64,000 bases of DNA from Novakomyces olei (lineage: Eukaryota), in contig JADEYG010000012.1 in assembly GCA_016906335.1 (NCBI GenBank), forward strand, positions 558,001 through 622,000. The letters run 5' to 3'. Below the pieces are notes generated by a model. It had not been told where the DNA came from and searched no databases. It saw only the letters and a program-made list of their open reading frames with translations. Of this stretch, positions 12,035 through 22,520 are shown in pieces. A program made the translations under genes and the position numbers. The first letter of the stretch is position 1; every line of letters begins with the position of its first letter.

Positions 12035-13013
12035 ACGGGCTACTTTAGGCTCTACGGTTGATGTTGCGCTTTGAAATTTAGATCAATTACCTCATTGCCC
12101 CATAAAAATACTAATACTAAAAAATAATAATAAAGAGATCGTGGTATGAAGACCATACAATATAGTATATTGTATAGCACACAAAATATAGAAAAAGAAA
12201 ACAAAAATAATGGAAAAGTGTATTCTCTTTATCTACAAAAGAAGTTAAACAAGCGGCATGGCAAGATATGCAAAAGATATCTCCAGATGTCGATTGTTGT
12301 AATATTCTTGGAGAATAATATTCATGAGCCCATGAGGCTGTTCAATCTTAATTTCAAAGCGAATCTTTTTTTCTTTTTTTTTTCTTTTTTTTAGTTTTTC
12401 TTTTTTTCTGTTAGTTATCTAGATCTTTGAATTGCCATGAATAATCGTTGGTATATATGGCAATGCATGTATGCACTTCATCACAAAACATGCTAATTTG
12501 TTCTTGAAAATGTCTTTTTCAACAGACTGCTAATGCACGGCAGGCATTTGTGTCTGAGAATAAAATATTGAGGGAAAATAAGATCAATTTCTGAGAAACT
12601 GAAAACAAACATCAGCCAACAAAGTTGGGTGAATATGCCAATGCATAAAATAATGGTTTGAAAAGCGCAGAAGGAGGAAACGAAAACACATGTTTGATTG
12701 AAACATGGAACTTAAACTAGGAAGAAACCCTAGATATTTGATTCCCAGATTGGAGCATTTCTCAAAACAAAAACAGGTATAAACAAAAGTCAGGAGGTCG
12801 GCTGACGTAGGCTGAAAAGGAGCGGAATAGTTGGTGTATTGATATTTCTGGACTTTGAACGAAAAGATTTAAATCAAATCACCATAACCAGAATAATGGG
12901 GTTTCTTGCACAAGAACTTGAGAGAGAATGAAGTTTTAGTATTTTTTGTCAAAGACATGAATTTCTTTTTCTCCATTCCATTGATGGCAACTTATCGAGA
13001 AATTCTGATTTGG

Positions 13014-14604
13014 CTATGCATCAGGTGCCAAACGCTGAGGCTGCACTTGAGGTCGAACAGAATCATGGTTAGCATGAGCTGAATCATAGTTCGGCCTTCG
13101 TCTCTGCGAGTCTACCCGCGCACTTCCACCTCTATAGCCTCCACCTCGACCACGACCAGTATGCTGCCTCTGAGCCGGATTGTAGTTTGTAGTCGTTCTC
13201 TCGTCAGGCATGATCATCGGGCGAGGAATACTGCCAGCATCATCGGGAGCCACATAAAGAGAAGGATCAATCGTTGCAGGGATAGGCTGAATTTCAGTAC
13301 CCAGCTCTTGCTCAATCTTGTAGAGATTGAACCGATCTTCCCAAGAGATAAAGCTGATTGCTAACCCACGGTGTCCGAAACGGCCGGATCGCCCGATACG
13401 ATGGAGATAGGTTTCAGCGTTCTTTGGAAAATCGAAATTTACAACAACATTAACAGCTTGAATATCAATACCGCGAGTCAAAAGGTCAGAGCAAACCAAG
13501 TTGCGGCAAGCACCTTGACGGAAATCATGGAAAACACGGTTACGGTGGCTTTGCAGCATTTTCGCATGCGAAAAGAAACAAGAATAACCCAATTCAGTGA
13601 TTTTGCGAGCAAGCAGTTCCACCCGATTGGTAGAGTTGCAAAAGATGATGGACTGGTTGATTTGGAGCTTAGAAAAAAGCGTGTTTAAGCAGTGAACCTT
13701 TTGACGTTCTTCAACAAAAGCGTAATACTGCGTAACACCACGCAGGGTAAGTTCATCCATAAGATTGATTTCGTATGGTTTGTTGAGATGCTTTAGCGTA
13801 AAATCTTTAACAATCAACGGAAAAGTTGCACTGAAAAGCATAATTTGCCTTTCCTTGGGAAAAAACGCGAGTAATCTCTCGATTGTTGGCGTAAATTCAG
13901 GGCTCAGAAGCTTATCTGCTTCATCCACAACAAAAGTGCCAGCCTTGCTAAAGTCAGCAACACCCTTTCCTGCCAGATCAAGGATACGTCCGGGAGTCCC
14001 AACCACAATGTGGACTGTTTCTCCAAGCCGAAGAATATCGTCCTTTAAGGTTGTGCCTCCTGTAGTAACCATCACGTGAATGCCCAGATGCTTGCCTAGT
14101 GTCTTACACACCTGAGAGACTTGTAGAGCAAGTTCACGTGTGGGCACTAATACAAGAGCTTGGATAAATTCTTTTTTCGTATCGATTTTTTCCAGTGTCG
14201 GGATGACAAATGCCGCCGTCTTACCCGTTCCGTTTTTAGCCCTCGCAAGAATATCCCGACCAGCAAGAGCAATAGGAATGGCTTCCTCCTGAACTGGTGA
14301 AGGCTTTTCAAATCCGCTTTCAAAAATACCCATTAAAAGATCCCGTTTCAACATAAAATCACTAAACTCCAAACCCTTTGTAGCCAACACATCCTGGATA
14401 TTAGTATGCCGCTCCAGTCCATTCTACTAGAACTAAATTTCTTCTGACTAATATTTTGCATTCTAATTTGGTGTCCAAACTTACATCTGTCTGAGGCCGT
14501 CCGTCTCTTTTCACTGGGGCTGAAGAGGCAGCTGGCGCTACCGGTGCATGCCCGTGTCCATTCAAAGACACTGATTGAAATTGATTCTCGAGTGACGCTG
14601 CCAT
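13014..14604 (-). CDS. DHH1: DEAD-box RNA helicase Dhh1/Ste13/DDX6
   Basis: [25 protein letters not shown] and [10 protein letters not shown] motifs plus DDX6-type [19 protein letters not shown]. Intron 14394-14484. Confidence 0.97.
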
Positions 14605-15608
14605 AGATCACACTTAATGCAAAATTGTTATAAGTCAACAAGCATAAGAACTGCTGAAACTGTCGTCCGAAAAAGTCTTTTAATTTGAAATAATATAAAA
14701 TTTGCTCCGGTACAAGGGAATACAAACTTTAAAGGATCAAATACACGTTAGCTTTGCCAGAAGATACAAAACAGATATATATTGGGAACGCTGAATGTGC
14801 TTTCATCTAGAATCTAAGTCCCGCTTACCTTGACGCTTTATTGTTCCGTTTGCTCTGATGAAAAGTTGTGAGTAAACGTGTATCGCTTTATTGCCCAGAG
14901 CAATTATCTTTTTTTCTTCACAAGAGTATCCGCTATAGGGTTGTGTGTACGGCTTATAAGACAAAATCGTAAACGGAATTTTACAGTAATCATAAAAATG
15001 ATAATAATAATAATTATAACAAGATTATTATTAGTAGAGTACTATTGGAATAAATCTATTTTACGTTTTGCATTCGTGGATACTTGTCCAAAAAGTCAAG
15101 TACACTTGTGCGCGCCAGGGGAAACTGGTCATTGTGCCTCGTTCAGGACTAAAATCGCCGAGCTGTATTGAGCGAGTACTGACAAGGTCCGCCAATAAAT
15201 CTATGTAAATCCCACTATATTCGCCCAGTCAATGCTTGCTGTGCAAATTGGAGAGTAGCAAATACCTTGTTATTTAATGGCGCAGTAATAGATTCATAAG
15301 ATTTTTCAACTGCACTCTGATTCCAAGGCGCCATGAAAATGCCAAGACAGGTTTGAAATATCTATTAAAGGTTTTGCCATCACAAAAATGTATCAAATAT
15401 CGTTGTATTGCACGCAAATAATTAACTCTATGGTAAACGCCAAATGAATTGAAAAGGCCAAGAAATTGGTAATCACAGGGGTATCGAATCTTTTTCAGCC
15501 CGGTTACGATAAAAGATCAGCTAAAGGCAAAACAGGCGCATGCCTATGAAAAAAAGTATAAATGTTAGAACAGAACCAAATTCCAAACAAACGTGCTAAA
15601 GCATCCAT

Positions 15609-18600
15609 TCACCCACGAGGATCGTTGAGCCTGGATAGTTAGTTTTGGGTTTACTTTATTACCATACCGAATGATCCTGACATTCTCTGAACTCGTCGAG
15701 GTCATGCTTTGAGGCGTCAGGAAAATAAACTGTGCGTCTCTCGTGGCAGAGGCAGCTTTTACAAGCATATCTAGACTAATTGACCTGTTGACAGCATCCA
15801 TGAATACATCAAACTCGTCCAGACATCTCAATGGGCTGCTCATAGCGTTCCACACAGCCAGTAAAAGGCATACTGTGGAATACGATTTCTCTCCGCCGGA
15901 AAGGCCTCTTAGTGAAGTTGGACCACTACTGTGAGTATCGTTTGGCTGAATCAAAGCGTCCAGTGTCCGTGATTCATGCTTGATAACCAATTTTCCCGTA
16001 AATCCTCTCTGTAAAAGGTTCTCTTGAAACAGATTTTTCGTTCTCAGAGTAATGAGAATCCGAAACTCCTGCCATCGACGCTGACGCATTTCTATCGTAC
16101 GTTGCAGCAACGCAACCATACGATCAAGCGCGTTGTACTGCATACGAGCTTGCTCATACTGCTCCATACTCTTCCGCATTTCTAAAGCTACTTCCTCCAC
16201 TGTTCGTCCAATCCTCTGCTGAGACTCATCCACTTTCTTGGCCAATAAAGCGATCTTTCGGTCAAGACTTGAAGCCGAATTATGGACCGGGACCTGGTCA
16301 CAGATGGCTCTGGCAATATGCAAAGCATCCTCATGTATCTCCCTTGCCTGTAAGATTTCCGACTCGAGTCGTGCCCTGTATTCCGTATGCTTTTCCATTG
16401 ATCTTTGCCAGTGCTCCAGATGTTTAATCGCCTTGTCTTTTTCCCCAGCAATTTCATCGATCTTGGATTGTTCTGCTTGTACTAGCGCTAGTACTTCCGA
16501 CTTTTCTGCTAACAGTTCGTCCTTTCTTGCCTCCAATTGCCTCATCTTCTCTTGAGCCTCGGCCGATTGGGCTTTAATGCCAGATAGCTGATTCTGATAT
16601 GAGTCAAACGCTTCCTGAGCATCTCGACGGGATTCTTCCAATGAAGCACTGCGTGCATCACTGTCGATTCTGCTCTCCAGAGACGAACGCAGCTCGTCAA
16701 TCTCATAGTTAATCTTGTTGATTGAGCTGTGCATCTTGCTTGACTCGGCATTACACTCTGCTTCCTGCCTCGTGTAGCTTGACTTTGCTTCAATGCAGGC
16801 CTTAATGTCCTCCTGGCACTGTGATAAAGCTGTCCGAAGCTCAGTCAACGCGTTACGCGTGCGTGCTATTTCATGCTCAGCATTCTTGCTCAGCCTATTG
16901 GGCCCTCTCCATTTATCTACTGGAGTAGTAGAAGAAGCACCTCTGGCTCCACCAACTTTGAAAGCTCCTTCTCCGCTTGCGTCCAATGCATAGCACTGAA
17001 CAACATTCCGTGGCCGTGTGTACATGACTCTGTCCGCCTCTGCTCTGTCCTCGATCAGAATGACTGACTCTATAGAGTGTCGCACAATCAAAAGCCGAAG
17101 AATCCATTCGTCTTTAAACTCCATTGTGCGCGAGATTGTATTATATTCGGCCGAGGGTTCTCCTGTGGAAAAGTCAAAAAGTTCCCTGCCGAGCACGTGC
17201 ACTGTTGCCGTCTGCACATCTACTCTTCGCATGAGATTAAGAAGAGTGCGCCGGTCATCATGGTTCTCAACTAGAAAGCTGTTTAATGACTGTCCAAAAA
17301 ATGCCTCCAACGTATCGCTCCATTTAGGAACTTTGACCGTGACATATAGGCCCAGTGGCCCTATGGGCTTTTGCTTGAACCGATGGCTGTTTCGTTCGAT
17401 TTCTTTCAGCAATAAATTTATGTTTTTGCCAAAGGCAGACAAATGATTCTCTTTGGCTGTTTCTAAATCTCGCAATCGAGACAAATGGTCGTCGATGGCT
17501 TTGTGAGTTACGTCCTGCTTCTGCTTCAAATCAGCCTGCCGGCGGACCTGCTGCTCAATACCGTCTCGCAATTGTTGTTTGCGCTCGCTTATTTCACTCA
17601 ATTTTTGCTTTAACAATTCTATCTCACTTTGCTTTGACGATATCTCTCCATTGATACGCTGTTTTTCCTGTTCTACTTCGCGTGAGGCAATTTCTTTTTC
17701 CTTATTTATGGCCGCTTGAAATTCTTGGATTTGTTTACGGGCCTGTTTGGCGCTTATGTCGGCCTCTCTGCCAACAGAATTGAGCTCTCGAAACTCACGA
17801 AGCCACCGCATCGACTCCCGCTCATTCTCTTGTAGTTTTGATGCTAATGGAGCCGTTTCATTGTCCTCAATCTGCCGTATCTTTTCGATGTGGCTACACA
17901 TGGCTTGCTCATACTCCTCAATAAATCGTTTGGAGTCCTTTTGCTTGGAAAGAATCTCTTTAATCTTATCTTGCTGCTTTTGTATGTGCTCTTCGTACCG
18001 TGTAACGCTGTCAGCCTTCTCCTTAACTTGCGCCCATGCCATTTCGTCTTTGAGCCGATCTAGCTGATCCTGAAGTGCACGTGTATTTTCTGTCTCTTCA
18101 AAGAGTGAACGTGCCCGGTCCGCCTGCTTTTCCAAGTCCTCTAGTTCATTCTTTTGCTGTTGCAGCTTGCTAAGTGCGGTAGCGATGCTCTGATTAATCG
18201 TATCATAATCATGCTCAAGCTGTTTGAGCTGAACACCCTGCATAAACAGCTCATACTTTTCAGAGGGCTTGGAGTTGCCCAAAAATTGCTTGGCTACGTC
18301 CTGGTTCAGGATGTTTAGTGGGTTGGTTACATCAATTGCCGTATGGTCTAAATAATCGTCCAGATCCTCGCGCTTGCGTGAGACCACATTATTAGACGCG
18401 TTCCTTAGCCTGTAGGAATTCTGATTTCCACTGGCAGATATTAGGCGCTCAATAGTAATTCTTTCTCCAAAAACCTCAGGCCTGTATGCATCCACTCCAC
18501 AGTTCTTCATAACAATCGTCACGCAAGCCGTGTCCTTACCTTCCTTCACAAGGCCCTTGATACTCGTTCCACGGTTGGTTACGGCCGCCTTTGCCCCAAG

Positions 18601-18987
18601 GCATACGGTCAAAGCTGTTAAAATTGCACTTTTCCCACTGCCATTATGGCCCACAATAAAATTAATATTAGGACCAAACTCAACCTCTAAATGCGTATGG
18701 CACATGAAATTGCGCAGAATCATCTTTTCAATAACTCCATGCTGAGCAAAGTCTCGCGATCGTGCTGTTGAGTTAAGCTCCGTGGAAGGAACGCCAAGAC
18801 GGTCTATCAGCGAATCTGTTTGCGCGTCATTTTGTACCAACTCGTCTTGATGATCTTGCGCATTAGACCGCTCTAATTTTGCACGCTTTAGTACTGACGC
18901 TGAATGCACACGCGCTTTAGCGTTACTATCACATTGATTGCTTGAATCGCTGTCCGAACGGACGCGCCTTTTGACCACGACCGGCAT
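15609..18987 (-). CDS. SMC6: Smc5/6 complex subunit Smc6
   Basis: Walker A GHNGSGKSAILTAL, signature LSGGEKSYSTVCLLLA, Walker B LDEFDVFMD and long coiled coils. A terminal intron 15631-15667 gives the C-terminus RLNDPRG*. Confidence 0.95.
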
Positions 18988-19020
18988 GCAGACGCGTCGG
19001 TAAATAGTACAAAAGCAGCG

Positions 19021-19134
<114 letters not shown>

Positions 19135-19240
19135 CTGGTTTTATATAGAGCACTATATAGTATATTGGTCATGTAAGGTTCTATGTGCATTACAAATCCC
19201 ACTCTTTCTACATTATATAAATCCACACTGCGCAAGCTGA

Positions 19241-20275
19241 TCAAACTGCCACTTTTGCCAGATAATCTTTTACTTTGCCAACCAGCAATGGCCGAACATG
19301 AGCCTGTTTCTCACCGTTCAAATTGTGACTAGCTCCAGGAATTATGGCACTAGCAGGATCCCAAATGCTTGCCCCATTACCATCTGATGCAGCCTGCCAG
19401 CGTTTCAGTAGCCCCTCTTTATCCACACTTTTAGGTACATGCTCGTCATTGCCGGAGTTCAAGACAAGCAGCGTTGAGCGCAGTAAGCCTCTGGAGCCAA
19501 TTGCTCCAAAAGTCTGGCGAAATCTTTCATCAGTCAAGTCGGAACTAAACAGATCGTCCGTAGCTGGATCACGTGGACTGTCGGGACTAGCAAGGCTTAG
19601 GAAGCGCTCGCTTGTTAGTGGCACATTTGAAGCGAACTGTAGTCGTGCAAGTAGCGGCAATGGGACTAGAGTATCCACTGAGCCTTCATAAGTATGCTTT
19701 TTAGCCTGATCCACGATTTTTAGACAAACTTGCTTTAGCTTCTCGCCATCAGCTCCGTCAAAAGACTCGTTTATTGCTTCTCGGTCAGAAACGGCCGCTT
19801 GTACAATTGCTCCATCAACAGGGCCACGCTTGATTGGATCGCGACGCGCACTTGCACCCTGCTTTCCGGCCTCTCGCGGGTTTGGTCGGTACAGGTAATG
19901 GATAACGTCTTGGCTGCCCGTTGAATGGCCCATAATTACGACTCTGCCTCCGTCCTTATAGCGCCGGACATAAGCAACTGCCTCGGCTATTTCATCAGCA
20001 TCCAGGTCCAAGTTTTGCATGCCCCATTGATTGTATGACGAGGACAGAACGAGATTAAAAACGGACCAATCCGTCGCCGCTAAAGCACGCGCAATGTCAG
20101 CAACATAATGAACCGTGCCTAAACCGTCACCGAGGCCGCCAATAAACAATAAACTGTTTGGCCGTTCGCGCGAGTCAAGCACGTGCTCAAACGCCGTAAG
20201 CGAACCAGACTATCGGTTAAAAGTGAAGGACAAAAGATTGCGTACATAATTATGCAGTTTGCCTGGTAAGGCCAT
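19241..20275 (-). CDS. DUF1749 alpha/beta hydrolase (fusarinine C esterase SidJ family)
   Basis: Exon 1 MALPGKLHNY, 36-nt intron 20210-20245, then FIGGLGDG, nucleophile motif GHSTG, QAAVSDREA, DDLFSSDL, DEHVP and IPGASH. Confidence 0.88.
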
Positions 20276-20721
20276 CGTGGAGACAGATATTGGTTGTATG
20301 TAGCTTTATATTTTATATATTATTCATAATTAATTATGTAATTGCGTAGCTATTAAGGCTAATTAACTAAAATTGGCTAATTAGCTAAAAGCTTTACTTT
20401 AGTCAGCCGATCAGTCCCAAGACCGAAGGGTCTGGTAGAGCTCATCGCGGTTGCAATGTCTCGGCTTTTCTGTCTTGTTCATCTAGTTTTCATATCAGAA
20501 ATTTGGTCTTTAATCTAATGTAGTTCACCAAGAATACACATATAAAAGTAGGAAGGCTCCAAATGTTTTCATTGAGAGAAGAATAGATGATTAGTCAAAC
20601 AAAGAAGCAGATCGTTGAGCTCCTGACACGATTTGGAATGTTCAAACCAGTTTATTAATGCGCTAAAAAGACTATGGAAATTTAAATAAAAAAAGATCTC
20701 AACACTCACCGGCACATCTCA

Positions 20722-22218
20722 TGTGACACTGATGAATTAGATTCACCGCGTGTCAGTATAAGAGGTGTCGGTCAGAGGGATCTCTAAGGCGTTGACGGGT
20801 CATATGCGCCGGTGGACGTTGTGACTCTGTTATTGAACGAATACACACAACGGTGCAAATAGCAATCAGAACAATAAGAGTGGGTCACCAGCGGTAAGGT
20901 CCTGCTGTGAGCACTAGGCCAGCGGTGTCCCTCCAAGATCAACTTTCAAATCCATAGTGCTCCAACTTAATACAAACAAGATCAATGCTTGAGAGCACCC
21001 CCCAGCTGGCTATACAGCACAGAAGCTGATGAAGCCCGATCTTGCCGTACAAGCGGAATGGAAATTAGGCCAATGCATGGAAAACCGTGTTCCAACGCAA
21101 TACAACTGCCAAATGCCAAATCAACTAGCCCAAAGCCACCCCTCTATGCCTAGCGGAAATCTGCCCAGTCCTAAAGCCACAGTCGGCGATAGCGGTAGTC
21201 CTTGTCCGGACCTGAGACATAGAGGGGCCCCGAACGTGCCGTCTCCAAAGTCAATGCAGGGCCAAAAAATCACCGAAAAACCTGGAAAGACTCCAAAAAA
21301 AGGGAGGAATGGCCACGCCGGTATCGAACACCCATTACCGAGCGGAAAACAAGCCCTGCAACCACAAGTTTGAGCGGACAGAGTCCGTACCCCGGCTAAA
21401 AGGTGATTTACCAGGTGACAAACAAGTGCGGGAAATAGCGTCCGGTCCTCGGGATCCCGAAGGATGGGGAACTAGGGGAGCGAAACCACCTGGCTTTATA
21501 CCCTGGCCATGAGGCCCTTTGCAAATTTGCAATCACAGAAACGTTCTAATTACCTCAATTCTGGTTACGAAAACGGATAAGATTCTCCAAAAATTCGACT
21601 TTGATCACAGAAACGTTCTAATTCCCTCAATTTCAATCACGAAAACGGACGAAATGCTCCAAAAATTCGACTTTAATCACAGAAACGTTCTAATTCCCTC
21701 AATTTCAATCACGAAAACGCGTAAAATGCTCCAAAAAATTCGACGATAATCACAGAAACGTTTCATTTCCCCACTATTTATTCCGAAAACGTGTAAAAGT
21801 GCATATAGGAGTCACACTGGTCCTGTTTTCGTGTTCAAACTCATCTGTGCCGACGCGCGAAATTGAGGCAGATCCCGTTTTCGTGACGATCGACCTGTTT
21901 GGCCGATATATCAATTTAAGGGCCGTATGTGATTGGTCAGTCTAATGTATTAAGGCACGTTTTCGTTCTCTGTGTACCAAACAAGTAATAGTGCTAATCG
22001 CGTTTCTGTGATTTTATATTTAGTACCAAGTAATGCATAATTTTCTTATTAGAATGTTGGTAAAAGTCACAAGTGATTCGGCATAGTAAGGCAGTCGAGA
22101 TAATATACATACATTATGTTGAGTATTTGTTGCACGCTCCATAATTATGTGATCCAAGAAATTGTATAGGTACTTATATAAGGGTTAATCCCTTATATTA
22201 TAAGGATTAACCTTCACA
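20722..22218 (-). mobile_element. Candidate solo LTR / non-autonomous repeat of about 1.5 kb
   Basis: TGTGA...TCACA termini, no recognisable protein, internal tandem repeats, TATAAAG on the minus strand (about 21494-21500) followed by a pyrimidine-rich tract. TCTC lies one base outside each end. Confidence 0.45.
21531..21792. repeat. 72-bp minisatellite, about 3.5 copies
   Basis: ATCACAGAAACGTT starts at 21532, 21604, 21676 and 21749. Confidence 0.95.
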
Positions 22219-22520
22219 GTCTCGACAAACAGCAGATTTAAGAATAAAAAAATATATAATATAATACACACAAACTATCCAATATAGACGCCTAACGCTG
22301 CTTTGTTTGCCAGTTTGTAGGAGTTTTCAAGAGCAGGGAGGGGCGTTGACGATAATTGTATACTCCAAATATGATAATCATGTCTATTTATTATACTATA
22401 TTATCAAAATATTCTTTATACATTTACAGAGTAAATGTCAATAAACATACACGTATAATCCAATCCGGTATCAACCACGATAGTAATGCAATTCATGCCT
22501 TGGCTTATTCCTCAGCGGCC

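Noticed and set aside
13014-14390. Alternative CUG decoding
   Set aside because: CTG codons fall at conserved Leu positions in Dhh1 (PTLEK, ILDLA), consistent with the standard code.
20729-21075. CTGATGA motifs as possible hammerhead ribozyme cores or C-boxes
   Set aside because: No properly placed stem II plus GAAA, and no convincing D-box with terminal stem.
21029-21749. ORFs inside the LTR-like element (114, 67 and 76 aa)
   Set aside because: No gag, protease, RT, integrase or transposase motifs; the last ORF just translates the tandem repeat.
21531-21792. CRISPR-like appearance of the 72-bp periodic repeat
   Set aside because: The segments between conserved motifs are themselves repeated rather than unique spacers, the context is eukaryotic and there are no cas genes.
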